Assembly (NCBI GenBank): GCA_965199955.1
Contig: CBDATQ010000002.1
Location: 992,001-1,056,000, forward strand
Source: Spirochaetia bacterium
GTDB lineage: Bacteria > Spirochaetota > Spirochaetia > SZUA-6 > Bin103
DNA: 64,000 nucleotides
Reading direction: 5' to 3'
Shown in pieces: positions 1-9,729 of the stretch. Position 1 is the first letter of the stretch; the number at the start of each line of letters is the position of its first letter. The position numbers and the translations under genes are program-made. Below the pieces are notes generated by a model that saw nothing but the letters and a program-made list of their open reading frames with translations, was not told where the DNA came from and made no database searches.

Positions 1-1043
1 ATTGCGACTGCCACCACGTGTGGCGTCAGATCGAGGAAATCTTCCCGTACCTGCCGCGCCGCTACGTGGAGAGCATCAGGGACTTCGGCCCGATGCTGCC
101 CAAGTACCCGTATACGAACATGCGCAACAACAGCGGCCTGGCATTCCGGGTCGACCATGCCGTCGAGTCGGACACGGACCTGGCCGAGTTCACGGTCGAG
201 CACCACGTGGAGGCGTACGGGATCGACGCGGCGCTGCTGACCGGATCGTCGGTCTACTCGGCTGCCGGGCTTCCCGACCTGGACTACGCCGCGGCGCTCT
301 GCCGCGCGTTCAACGACTACACGCTCGAGCACTGGGTCGCCAAGGACCCGCGGCTGCTGATGACCATCGCCGTGCCCGTGCACGACCCGCAGGCGGCTGC
401 GGCCGAGATCGAGCGGCTCGGGCCCCACCCGTCGGCGGCCGCGGTGATGATGCCGGCCGGCGCGCGCGCGCCGTTCGGCAACCGGTGCTACGACCCCATC
501 CATGCCGCCGCCGCGGAGCAGGGCCTGCCGATCGTGACCCACTTCGGGTGCGAGGGGCAGGGGCCGACCAACCCTCCGACCGCGGCCGGCTTCCCGTCGT
601 ACTACCTGGAGATGCGCATGGCCCGCCCGCAGATCGCCCAAGCCCACTCGGCCAGCCTGATCTGCGAGGGGGTGTTCGAGCGCTATCCCACCCTCAAGTG
701 GTTGTTCGTGGAGGTCGACACGTGGTGGATCCCGGGTCTGCTGTGGCACTTCGACGCCGACTGGAAGGCCACCCGCGAGTACACGCCGTGGGTGAAGCGC
801 CTGCCGAGCGAGTACTTCCGCGAGCACATCCGCGTCGGCACCCAGCCGCTGCAGCTTCCCGAACGCAGGCAGGACGCGGCGGCGTTCCTGCGGTGGATGC
901 ATGCCGGTGAGGTGCTGGTCTACGCCAGCGACTTCCCGCACTGGGACTGGGACGAGCCCACGCCCACGGCCTCGCGGTTCCCGCAGGAGCTGCGCGAAGC
1001 GGTGTTCGGGGGCAACGGGCGGGAGTTGCTCAACTTGGGCTGA
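1..1043 (+). CDS. Amidohydrolase family (Amidohydro_2) protein, 5' end outside window
   Basis: Frame opens with (D)CDCHH metal-binding motif at the window edge; C-terminal YASDFPHWDWD motif. Confidence 0.85.
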   Translation, partial: CDCHHVWRQIEEIFPYLPRRYVESIRDFGPMLPKYPYTNMRNNSGLAFRVDHAVESDTDLAEFTVEHHVEAYGIDAALLTGSSVYSAAGLPDLDYAAALCRAFNDYTLEHWVAKDPRLLMTIAVPVHDPQAAAAEIERLGPHPSAAAVMMPAGARAPFGNRCYDPIHAAAAEQGLPIVTHFGCEGQGPTNPPTAAGFPSYYLEMRMARPQIAQAHSASLICEGVFERYPTLKWLFVEVDTWWIPGLLWHFDADWKATREYTPWVKRLPSEYFREHIRVGTQPLQLPERRQDAAAFLRWMHAGEVLVYASDFPHWDWDEPTPTASRFPQELREAVFGGNGRELLNLG

Positions 1044-1062
1044 CCGTTCCGGTCAGTCCAGG

Positions 1063-2094
1063 TCATGCCGTCCCGTTGACGAACTCGCGCAGTCGGGCGA
1101 GTTGCGCGTCGGTGCCCACCGCCACCAGCGAGTCCCCAGGCCGGACCGTGACACCCGCCACCGCTGTGGCGGTGTCGGCGGTGGAACTTGTCTCCTCGCC
1201 GTGGATCGCATCCACCGTGTGGATGGCCACGACCATGGCACCGACGTGATCGGCAATCCGTGCGTCCTGCAGGGTGCTCCCGGCCAGCGGTGAACCGTCC
1301 GGCACGGCCACCTCGTCGATCTGCAGGGAACGGCGCTCGCGATCGAGCACCTCGTCCAGAAACCTGGTCAGCGACGGGCGCAGCAGCGAGTCCGCCAGGC
1401 GGCGGCCCGTACTGCGGTACGGGGACACGACGCTGTTCGCGCCCACCTTCGTGAGCTTGCGGATGGTCTGCCGCTCGGTCGCTTGCGAGACGATCTTCAG
1501 CGCCGGATTGAGCTGCCGGGCGGAGAGGACGACGAACACGTTGGTATCGTCGTTGGGCAGCGCGGACACCATCCCGGCCGCACGCTCGACACCCGCGGCC
1601 AACAGGGTCTCGTCCTCCTCGGCGTTGCCCTGTACGAAGAGGAGCGAGTCGTCGCCGGCGCACTCGCAGCGGTCGGGATCCAGGTCGATCATTACGAACG
1701 GCACCTGTTCCCTGGCGAGCTCGGCGGCTACCTCCCGTCCGAACTTGCCGGCGCCGCACACGATATAGTGGCCGTTGAGCCTGCGGATCGCTCGATCCAT
1801 GCGTCTCCTCCTCCATCCGGGCAAGAATGCCCCTTGCAGCAGGTAGGCGACCAGCGCGGTGGCCGAATACCAGATGGTGATGACCGCGACCACGATCAGG
1901 CCGGAGGTGAACAGCCGGCCGGTCCGTGAGAGCTCATGCACCTCGCCGTAGCCCACCGTGGAGATGGTGATCACCGCCATGAACAGGCTGTCGCCGAGCG
2001 GCCAGCCCTCGATCAGCGAGAACCCCAGCGTGGCGACGACCGTGATCCCGACCAGCAGCGCGATCGCGACCACGAATCGGCGGTGCATGGACAT
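1063..2094 (-). CDS. Potassium channel, TrkA-N/TrkA-C (RCK) family
   Basis: TISTVGYGE pore signature, two TM helices, IVCGAGKFG Rossmann motif; start placed at MSMHRRF. Confidence 0.9.
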   Translation of the reverse strand: MSMHRRFVVAIALLVGITVVATLGFSLIEGWPLGDSLFMAVITISTVGYGEVHELSRTGRLFTSGLIVVAVITIWYSATALVAYLLQGAFLPGWRRRRMDRAIRRLNGHYIVCGAGKFGREVAAELAREQVPFVMIDLDPDRCECAGDDSLLFVQGNAEEDETLLAAGVERAAGMVSALPNDDTNVFVVLSARQLNPALKIVSQATERQTIRKLTKVGANSVVSPYRSTGRRLADSLLRPSLTRFLDEVLDRERRSLQIDEVAVPDGSPLAGSTLQDARIADHVGAMVVAIHTVDAIHGEETSSTADTATAVAGVTVRPGDSLVAVGTDAQLARLREFVNGTA

Positions 2095-2148
2095 CGACGG
2101 GATGATAGCGGTTGTCGCCGGGTATCGTATGTGCGGAAGGAGGTGCCT

Positions 2149-2832
2149 GTGAGTGATGAGGAACGCCTGCTCCGGGAGCAGGTCGAGTACTACCGCCGGC
2201 GCGCGCCCGAGTACGACGACTGGTTCTATCAGCGCGGCCGCTACAATGAAGGCGACGCTCGCCGGGCGCAGTGGCAGGCGGAGATCCAGGCCGCACGCAC
2301 CAGGCTGAAGTCCCTGGGAAAGGTCGACGACGCGCTGGAGCTGGCCTGCGGCACCGGGCTCTGGACCGCGCACCTGCTTCGGCAGGCGCGCCGCCTGACG
2401 GCCGTCGATGCCTCCCCGGAGGTGATCGAGCTGGCGCTCGATCGCGTCGGGCACGACCCGCGCGTGGTGTTCGAGGTCGCGGATCTGTTCGCGTACCGGC
2501 CCGTGCAGCGCTACGACCTGGTGTCGTTCACGTTCTGGCTGTCGCACGTGCCGCACGAGCGGCTCGGCGGTTTCTTCGACCTGTTGCGGCACTGTCTTCG
2601 CCCCGGCGGCCGGGCGTTCGCGGTGGACTCGGCTGCGTCGCCGGACAAGCAGACCAGTGCGGACGGGGCACAGGCGCGGGACCTGGCCAACGGCAGCACC
2701 TATCGGATCGTCAAGCTGTACTACGGCAAGGAAGAGGTGGAGGCGCTGTTCGCCGAGCACGGCTTCCGCGCGGAGGTCACGCTCACGCCTTCGCTCTGGG
2801 TGGCCGTGGCTGTCAGGACCAGTCCGTCATGA
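2149..2832 (+). CDS. Class I SAM-dependent methyltransferase
   Basis: LELACGTG motif I; YYRRRAPEYDDW N-terminus; AGGAGG RBS at 2138-2143 before GTG. Confidence 0.85.
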   Translation: MSDEERLLREQVEYYRRRAPEYDDWFYQRGRYNEGDARRAQWQAEIQAARTRLKSLGKVDDALELACGTGLWTAHLLRQARRLTAVDASPEVIELALDRVGHDPRVVFEVADLFAYRPVQRYDLVSFTFWLSHVPHERLGGFFDLLRHCLRPGGRAFAVDSAASPDKQTSADGAQARDLANGSTYRIVKLYYGKEEVEALFAEHGFRAEVTLTPSLWVAVAVRTSPS

Positions 2833-3801
2833 CGCCTTCCACTCGCCGAGCATCGCCTCCACCTGCGCGCTCTCCCCGGCGTCCAGCGCCGACAGCGGCG
2901 GGCGGCATGCGCTGGACGGGAAGACCCCGAGCAGGCGCAGTCCTTCCTTGACCACCGGGATCGACCGCCCCGGTCTGGCGCGCAGCGCGGCCAGCGGCGC
3001 GAGCCGCTCCTGGATGGCGCCGATGCGTTCGCGGTCGCCGTCGCTCGTTGCGCGCCACAGATCCATCGACAGCGCCGGAGCCAGGTTGACGGCGCCGGTG
3101 GAGAAGGCTCGGGCTTCTTCCAGGGCGCAGTACGGGAAGAGTCCCTCGCCGCCGCAGACGCCGGCAAGCCGGCGATCAGGCGGGGTCTTGCGCTGGGCGG
3201 CCATGAAGGAGCGGAACCACTGGATGTCGCCCGACTCTTCCTTCACGGCGACGACGTTGCCGAGCCCGGCCAGGCGCCCCGCCGACTCGACGCTCAGTGG
3301 CACGGCCCGCGTCCGGTACAGCATGAAGCCGATGTCGGCGGATCCGGCGACGGCGCGGTTGTAGCGCTCGGCGCCGGATCCGGTCATGCCGAACATCGGG
3401 TCCACCATGGTGATCTGCGCCGCCGGGCAGCCGAGCCGCTCGGCCACTCGCGCCTGGGCCATCGCCCGGCCGATCGAGCCGCTCACCGAGGCGAGCACCA
3501 GCGCGCGGCCACCGGCTTCCTCGACGGCGGCCGCGGTCACCGCCTGCCACTCGTCCATCGACAGCGAGAAGCACTCGCCCGTCCCCCCGCACGGGGTGAT
3601 GGCCGGCACGCCGTGACCGACCAAGCGGCGGATCAGGCGGCGGAAGGCGTCCAGATCGACCGGAGCCTCAGGAGCGTCGTGCGTGAACGGGGTGGGTGGG
3701 TAGGCGACCGGCCCTGCCAGGCGGGCCTGCAACGCTGCGCGATCCATCGCGCGGAAAGCGTGCCACATCGGGGCGCGCGGCGCAGCGTGCGTGGGGGTCA
3801 T
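2827..3801 (-). CDS. Dihydrodipicolinate synthase-like (class I aldolase / KDG dehydratase) family
   Basis: GGTGE motif, catalytic Tyr (MLYR), Schiff-base Lys (AVKEESGD); start uncertain. Confidence 0.85.
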   Translation of the reverse strand: MTPTHAAPRAPMWHAFRAMDRAALQARLAGPVAYPPTPFTHDAPEAPVDLDAFRRLIRRLVGHGVPAITPCGGTGECFSLSMDEWQAVTAAAVEEAGGRALVLASVSGSIGRAMAQARVAERLGCPAAQITMVDPMFGMTGSGAERYNRAVAGSADIGFMLYRTRAVPLSVESAGRLAGLGNVVAVKEESGDIQWFRSFMAAQRKTPPDRRLAGVCGGEGLFPYCALEEARAFSTGAVNLAPALSMDLWRATSDGDRERIGAIQERLAPLAALRARPGRSIPVVKEGLRLLGVFPSSACRPPLSALDAGESAQVEAMLGEWKAS

Positions 3802-3882
3802 TCGACGGCGCCGCCGGCCAGGGTCTTGCTTCGCCCGCGTGCCGCGACGAGGTGCGTCGGCGGTCTGGTCAGCCTGCCGGGA

Positions 3883-3999
3883 TCAGATGTTGATGGCGCC
3901 AAGCGCTACCGCGGTGATCACCACCAGCGCGGTAACGAGGAGCGCCACGCGCCTGCGCCACACCGTCGCCTGGCTCTGTCGCCGAGCTGTCATGTGCAT
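3883..3999 (-). CDS. Possible 38-aa single-TM peptide (or N-terminal relic)
   Basis: MHMTARRQSQATVWRRRVALLVTALVVITAVALGAINI*: basic patch followed by a hydrophobic helix. Confidence 0.3.
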   Translation of the reverse strand: MHMTARRQSQATVWRRRVALLVTALVVITAVALGAINI

Positions 4000-4066
4000 A
4001 TCTATGGATCGTCAGCCGGCAATCGTGACTTGAGCACGATGGACCGCATGGGTCCCGGCGATTGCG

Positions 4067-4318
4067 CTACTCCGCGAGTGCGTAGATCTCGGTGTCGGGG
4101 TAGAACGCGTACCAGGCGAGCCAGAGTCGCGCTCCTTGGCCAGCTACGCTGCCGTCGGCCAGGTCGGTGAAGGTGACCAGCCCCGCGGCGTCGCGCTCCA
4201 CGCGGATCACGGTGTCTCCGACGAGGTCCTCGCTCACGCTGGTCAGGACACCCCGCGGCCTGCCCTTCTTACCGGCGAAGCGGAAGGTCGAGCCGGTATA
4301 CTTCGCCGATGGCGTCAC
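4067..4318 (-). pseudogene. C-terminal relic resembling a DUF3179 protein
   Basis: Ends LWLAWYAFYPDTEIY, like the FWFAWxAFHPDT terminus of DUF3179; N-terminal part absent. Confidence 0.5.
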
Positions 4319-4320
4319 GC

Positions 4321-5274
4321 ATGGCCGGCATCGAGCCGGCGTTTCCCAGTCCGCTGCCTTTGGAGGAGGTCCCGGCCAGGTTCCGGGAGTTGATCGGCCT
4401 GGACGCGATCCCGGAGCAGGTGGACGTCACCGCAGCCGCCACCGTGGTCGAGGACGGCCTGGCGCTCACCCGGCTGACCTTCCGCAACTGCCTGGGCGAA
4501 TCCGTACACGCCATCGCCATCCTCCCGGCCGAACCTGACGGGACGCTGCCCGGCGTCATCTGCACCAACGGCACCGCCAGCACGGCTGAGGACGTGGCGC
4601 ACCCCGAGTACCACCGCAAGACCCCGAACAAGGGGCCTCTGTACGGCTGGGGGCGCGAGATGGCGCGTCGCGGCTTCGCGGTGCTGACCTTCACCCCGAA
4701 GGGGGCGACGGCTCGCCGCGGCACCGTGGAAGCGTGGGAGGAGGAGCAGCGGCTGCTGCTGCCGTTCGGGCGGTCGCAGGTTGCCGTGGTCGCCGACGAA
4801 GCGGTGCGCGCCACGCGCGTGCTCGGCGCGCTGGACGGTGTCGACCCCGGCCGCATCGGGCTCACCGGCATGTCGCTGGGCGGCTGGACGTCGTGGCTGG
4901 GGATGGTGGCCGCCCCCTGGGTGAAAACGGCCGCGCCGATCGCCGGCGGGCTGGGGACTCTGCGGGCGAACATCGACCACGGCTTGGTGTGGCGCCACTC
5001 CTCGTTCTGCTTCGTCCCGCACATGCTGCGCTACTTCGACCACCCGCAACTGATCGCGGCGGCGGTCGCCCCGCGCCCGTTCATGATGGTGGCGCCGCTG
5101 GAAGACGAGGACATGCCCGCGGACGGCGTCGACGAGTTCGTCGACTACGTGAGCGGGGTGTATGAACAGGCCGGTGTGCCGGAGCGGTTCCTCGTGCACC
5201 GGCCGCCCGGTCATCACGTATTCACCATGCAGTACTTCGAGTGGGCCGTGGAGTGGTTCAAGCGCTGGCTGTAA
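4321..5274 (+). CDS. Alpha/beta hydrolase (dienelactone hydrolase-like)
   Basis: RIGLTGMSLGG nucleophile elbow, C-terminal PGHH. Confidence 0.85.
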   Translation: MAGIEPAFPSPLPLEEVPARFRELIGLDAIPEQVDVTAAATVVEDGLALTRLTFRNCLGESVHAIAILPAEPDGTLPGVICTNGTASTAEDVAHPEYHRKTPNKGPLYGWGREMARRGFAVLTFTPKGATARRGTVEAWEEEQRLLLPFGRSQVAVVADEAVRATRVLGALDGVDPGRIGLTGMSLGGWTSWLGMVAAPWVKTAAPIAGGLGTLRANIDHGLVWRHSSFCFVPHMLRYFDHPQLIAAAVAPRPFMMVAPLEDEDMPADGVDEFVDYVSGVYEQAGVPERFLVHRPPGHHVFTMQYFEWAVEWFKRWL

Positions 5275-5287
5275 AGGAGGCAGGCGA

Positions 5288-5558
5288 ATGATCACGGAGG
5301 CGACCTGTCGACGGGACGAAAGGACGGTTTCGGTGCGTGTCGAGCGGATCGACACCTGGGTCGAGGACACGGGCGAGATCGTCAACTTTCCCTGCCTCCT
5401 GGAGCTCGACGGCCGGCTGCTCGTACACGTCGACCATGCGGCGCGAAGGCAAACTGCACGTGATCTACTCGGCCTCCGACTTCACCCGCGACATGGGCAC
5501 CCACGGTCTCCCGAAGCAGGCGATCCGGCGCGCGGTCCTGAACGTCGAGGTGGTCTGA
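5288..5558 (+). pseudogene. Internally deleted gene (N- and C-termini joined out of frame), possibly sialidase-like
   Basis: Strong AAGGAGG RBS; N-terminus MITEAT..NFPCLLELDGRLLV switches frame near 5430 to a C-terminus-like REGKLHVIYS..AVLNVEVV*. Confidence 0.4.
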
Positions 5559-5585
5559 CCGGGGCGCAAGTCCTCCCCGGTCCGT

Positions 5586-6308
5586 TCAGCCGGTTGCCGG
5601 GACCAGGGCGCGGACGCCGTTGCGGTAGACGACCTGCTGTTTGCCGCCGGGGACGGGGAGGGCGCGCAGGGCCAGCTCGCCGAAGGTGACCATGGGCTCG
5701 GACTTGAGCAGGATCTCGTCAAGGGACTGCTCGGGGGTACGGCCCGTGGTGTCGACGGTGACGACGCGGCCGACCTTCCGGAACAGGGAGTTCTCCACCT
5801 CCTCCGCGAAGCGCTCCTTGATGCGGGCGATGTCGGGCTTGCGGATCACCTGGTGCTCGTGGGGGGCGTCGGTCATCCGCCGGCGGATCGCCTCGTCGTC
5901 GGCGGTGAGGTGGAACAGGACCACGTCCGGCAGGCGGCGCTCGAAGATCTGCGCCTCGTAGACGCGCTGCTTGATGTGCCGGTAGCGGCGGTAGTAGGGG
6001 CTGTCGGGATCATCGCCGTAGATGTCGCAGTACACGGCCTCCTCGATGAACCAGCCGCCGAACAGGGGGTTCTGGATGAACTCGATCAGCTCGATGTGGA
6101 ACTGGATCTGCATGCGCTGGTAGCGCTCCTTCATGTCGTCGGGCGCGTCCAGCAGCAGCTTCCGCGACTCCTGGCTCAAGGTGCGGTCGGGCAGGCTGAA
6201 GTGGTCGTCATAGTGAGCGGGCAGGCCGCGCTCCTCGTAGTAGCTGCCGAGCAGGTTGATGAGGGTCGTCTTTCCCGCGTACTCGATGCCGGTGAAGATC
6301 GCTCGCAT
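5586..6308 (-). CDS. P-loop nucleotide kinase (thymidylate kinase-like)
   Basis: N-terminal Walker A GIEYAGKTT; VDTTGRTPEQ C-terminal motif. Confidence 0.7.
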   Translation of the reverse strand: MRAIFTGIEYAGKTTLINLLGSYYEERGLPAHYDDHFSLPDRTLSQESRKLLLDAPDDMKERYQRMQIQFHIELIEFIQNPLFGGWFIEEAVYCDIYGDDPDSPYYRRYRHIKQRVYEAQIFERRLPDVVLFHLTADDEAIRRRMTDAPHEHQVIRKPDIARIKERFAEEVENSLFRKVGRVVTVDTTGRTPEQSLDEILLKSEPMVTFGELALRALPVPGGKQQVVYRNGVRALVPATG

Positions 6309-6333
6309 TGGTGTGCCTCCGTCGTGGGGATGA

Positions 6334-7233
6334 TCAGGCGAGGCCGGCGGCGGCCAGCCGCTTCTCGGCCGCGGTGGTCCGCTTGCGGATGCGCAGCGGC
6401 ACGTGCGTCTGCGGGTCGGGATCGCTGTCGGCGCCGGTCTCCCGGTCCAGGAACAGCGGAAAGTCCTCGGCGTCCGGGTTGGTCAGGCCGTGCGGATGCC
6501 GGTAGCTGCGCATGATGATCCGCTGCTCGCGGGTGAGCCTGGCCAACCAGCCGTCGTCGGAGAAATAGTGGTCGCCGGCGGTGACCCAGCTCGGGCAGTA
6601 GGAGAGGAAGAAGTTCTTGCGCTCCACGTCGGTCTCGTTGGGCTCGACCCGGTGCCAGAGGTTGCCGTTGTAGATGGTCAGCGTGCCGGCCGGCACGCAC
6701 AGGATCTCCTCGCCCGGCGCACTGTCGTGGGTGTGGTACTGGTCCAGGTGCTGGCTGCGGTGGCTGCCCGGCGCGTAGACGAAGTTGCCCATGCGCGGCG
6801 CGGGGAGGTCGGTGAGCCAGTAGCCTACGCTCATGCGCAGCGGCAGCTCGGGCGAGAACACCTGGTACGGCAGCGCGCGCGGGCTGTCCGGGTGCCAAGC
6901 GTTGCGCTCGGTGCCGCGCGCGCGGATGCGCAGGTCGCTGCGCAGCAGCTTCAGCATCTCCCCGAACACGTCGTAGACGTAGCCGACGTGGCGGTCATGG
7001 TCGATCAGCTCCGCGATCGCGGGATCGAGCTCGACCGCGTTCTCTTTCCGCAGCGACTGGCCCGGCCGGTAGCTCGGATCGGCCGCCGCCACGCGGTCGA
7101 TTGCCGCCAGGTAGTGGTGGATCTCGTCCTCGGACAGCGCGTCCTCGATCCGGATCAGGCCGTGCTCCTGGAACTCCCGCCACTGCTGGTCCGTGAATCC
7201 GCGCGGTGCGACGCGCAGCCTGTTGTCGCTCAT
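6334..7233 (-). CDS. Phytanoyl-CoA dioxygenase (PhyH) family Fe/2OG enzyme
   Basis: WHPD (HxD), GNFVYAPGSH, LWH distal His; RBS GAGGAG upstream of ATG 7233. Confidence 0.85.
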   Translation of the reverse strand: MSDNRLRVAPRGFTDQQWREFQEHGLIRIEDALSEDEIHHYLAAIDRVAAADPSYRPGQSLRKENAVELDPAIAELIDHDRHVGYVYDVFGEMLKLLRSDLRIRARGTERNAWHPDSPRALPYQVFSPELPLRMSVGYWLTDLPAPRMGNFVYAPGSHRSQHLDQYHTHDSAPGEEILCVPAGTLTIYNGNLWHRVEPNETDVERKNFFLSYCPSWVTAGDHYFSDDGWLARLTREQRIIMRSYRHPHGLTNPDAEDFPLFLDRETGADSDPDPQTHVPLRIRKRTTAAEKRLAAAGLA

Positions 7234-7920
7234 CGGTCTCCTCCTCGGCCTTCGGTGATGAAGGGCTCGGCGGCCGTCCGCCGCTTGCGCAGGCGCAGCG
7301 GGATGCGGTCCGGCACGCCGGCGTCGGTGTCGGCGCCGGTCTCCCGGTCCAGGAACAGCGGGAAGTCGTCTGCCGCCGGATTGGTGTAGTCGTGCGGGTG
7401 CGGGTAGCTGCGCATGATGATGCGTTGCTCGCGGTTCAGGGTCGCCAGCCACTCCGGTCGGACAGCAGGCGGTCGCCGGCGCAGACCCACGACGGGCAGT
7501 AGGCGATGAAGATGTTCTGCGCACCACGTCCGTGTGGTTGGGCTCGACCCGGTGCCAGAGGTTGCCGTCGTAGGCGGGCAGGATCTCTTCGCCGGGCGCG
7601 GGCTCATGCGAGTAGTAGCCGTCCAGGTACTGCTGCCGGTGGCTGCGGGGCAGGTAGACGAAGTTGCCCATCCGCTCGTGAGGCAGGTCGGTGAGCCAGT
7701 AGCCGACGCTCATGCGCAGCGGCAACTCCGGCGCGAACACCTGGTACGGGGTGGCGCGCGGGCTGTCCGGGTGCCACATGTTGCTGTCGGTGTCGCGCGG
7801 GCGCACGAAGATGTCGCTTCGGATGATCTTGAGCATCTCGCCGTACAGGTCGTAGGCGTAGCCGACGTGGCGCGGATGGTCGATCAGCTCCGCGATGGCC
7901 GGGTCGGCCTCCACGGCGTT
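7230..7920 (-). pseudogene. Degenerate tandem duplicate of the PhyH gene
   Basis: Blocks nearly identical to 6334-7233 (PELPLRMSVGYWLTDLP, FPLFLDRETGAD) but with frameshifts near 7460-7520, small deletions and no N-terminus. Confidence 0.85.
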
Positions 7921-8098
7921 GGAGACGCGGTGGTCGGTGAAACGCCTGCTCCACGTCTCGCCCCGCGTCGGAGCCGCTGATCTCACGCATGTAGTACCAC
8001 TCCCACTCCATGCGGGCGTCGGTGTCGCACGGGACGATCACGTCGTGGCCGTCGGGCACCGGTGGGCACTTGAGCGGGTGGCACTGAAAGACCGGCTC
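7921..8098 (-). pseudogene. Fragment of an unrelated CDS cut by the IS relic
   Basis: Protein-like frame EPVFQCHPLKCPPVPDGHDVIVPCDTDARMEWEWYYMREISG..; family not recognised. Confidence 0.35.
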
Positions 8099-8320
8099 GT
8101 TCCTGTCCGTAAATTCGCAAATTGTTGATTGGGCGTGAATTGAGGGTTTTGGTGGGTTGAAGAAAGAGGGTGTTTCGGTTATCATCGCTGGTGCAAATCC
8201 ACGAAACAACCGAAACACCCCGGAGAGCCCAATGCGCACGACACGCACCGAACAACCAAGTGTATTCCAGGCGCCGCAGATTGACCATACCGTCTCCGAC
8301 GAGCTGGAACGAGCGCGTCG
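8099..8320 (+). mobile_element. Truncated left end of an ISNCY-like element (relative of the IS at 40831)
   Basis: IR GTTCCTGTCCG; leader hairpin; ATG 8232 MRTTRTEQPSVFQAPQIDHTVSDELERA matches MRSTRIIQPSVFQAPEVVHPVAEELERA. Confidence 0.85.
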
Positions 8321-8323
8321 CTG

Positions 8324-8545
8324 CACCTCGTCATGACCCGAGAGTTGGAGATCACCGGGAGCTTCCGCCTGGGCAGCAACGCGTTCTCCGTGGGGGCGAC
8401 GCTGGTGGCGAGCGGCAGGATCGAGATCGAGTCGCTGGTCTCCTCGGTCGCATCCCTCGACGACGTTCCGGGCGCCATCGCGGCGGCTGACAACGATGCC
8501 GCGATCAAGCTGCAGGTGAGCGCAACGGGACAGGGTTCATGTTGA
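8324..8545 (+). pseudogene. C-terminal relic of a Zn-dependent (MDR) dehydrogenase
   Basis: RELEITGSFR..GRIEIESLVS..AIKLQV, typical MDR C-terminus. Confidence 0.6.
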
Positions 8546-9687
8546 AGAAGATCGAGGACGTGGTCCTGTACCGGGACGATCGCTACTACTGCGGCCCGGG
8601 GCCAGCCGTGGCCTGCTTTCCGGACGGGGAGTTGCGGGTCGTGTTTCGCCGCCACCGTTGCTGGACGCCCGAGGTGATGATGCACGTCCATCCGACCACG
8701 GAGCAGTGCCTGATCCGTTCGGCCGACGGCGGCCGGTCGTGGTCACCACCGCGGGTGTTCATGGGCGGCGGCCAGTGCGCCGTCGCCGGCCTGATGCGCG
8801 ACGGCACCCTGCTGTTCGTGACTCACCGGCAGGAACTGGTTCCGTACGCCGCGCGCGATCTGCTGGTCGACGGAGTCAGCTCGGAGGTCGCCGCCCTCAT
8901 CGCCGGTCTTCGTGCCGACGGTCAGAGCGAAATGGCGGACAGTCTGCAACGGAAGCAGTCGCACTGGCCGTCGCTGAGCGCCGGTACCGAGGTCTGGCGG
9001 TCCGCCAACCGGGGCGATGACTGGGAGGGGCCGGCTTGGGTCGGCGAGATTCCCGGCTTTCCGCCGCTCCATTCGGGCTTGCACGCGCCCGTGCACCTGC
9101 GCGGGTTTCCCATCGAGCTGGCCGACGGCGACCTGGTGTTGCCGGTGCAGGGGCGGGGAGTAGGTTCCATTCTGGTAGCTTCCGGCGATGGCGGAAGAAC
9201 ATGGGAGTTTCGCGGCCTGGCCGCGCCGAGTCCACCCGGCAGGGCGGGCATGGCCTTCAACGAGTGGAGCGTCATCGAGACCGTGGCCGGTGACCTGGTC
9301 GGATTCGTGCGCTCGGAGATGGAGGAGCGGCACGGCGGGGGGTATCTGTGGACGGTGCGCTCCACGGACAAGGGCCGCACCTGGAGCGAGCCGCAGCGCG
9401 AGGAGGTGTGGGGTTATCCGTATTTCGCCCTCACGCTTCCGTCCGGCAACGTCCTGCTGGTCTATGGGTACCGTCGCGAGCCCTACGGCATCCGGGTACG
9501 CGTGCTGGAGCCCGAATGCGGCGCTCCCGGCGAGGCTCCCGAGCACGTGATCCGGCGGGACGGAGGAACGCTGGACCTGGGCTATCCGCATGCGGCCGTG
9601 ATGCGCGACGGACGGGTGCTCATCGTCTATTACTTCAACGACGGCGGACAGCGCTTCGTGGCCGGCACCGTCGTCGAGGCGGCGTGA
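8539..9687 (+). CDS. Sialidase / BNR (Asp-box) family protein
   Basis: Asp-boxes SADGGRSWS, SGDGGRTWE, STDKGRTWS; DLGYP near C-terminus. Confidence 0.85.
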   Translation: MLKKIEDVVLYRDDRYYCGPGPAVACFPDGELRVVFRRHRCWTPEVMMHVHPTTEQCLIRSADGGRSWSPPRVFMGGGQCAVAGLMRDGTLLFVTHRQELVPYAARDLLVDGVSSEVAALIAGLRADGQSEMADSLQRKQSHWPSLSAGTEVWRSANRGDDWEGPAWVGEIPGFPPLHSGLHAPVHLRGFPIELADGDLVLPVQGRGVGSILVASGDGGRTWEFRGLAAPSPPGRAGMAFNEWSVIETVAGDLVGFVRSEMEERHGGGYLWTVRSTDKGRTWSEPQREEVWGYPYFALTLPSGNVLLVYGYRREPYGIRVRVLEPECGAPGEAPEHVIRRDGGTLDLGYPHAAVMRDGRVLIVYYFNDGGQRFVAGTVVEAA

Positions 9688-9729
9688 GCGGCGGGGTGAC
9701 GGCTTCGCAGCGCGCCGGTAGAGTTCGCC

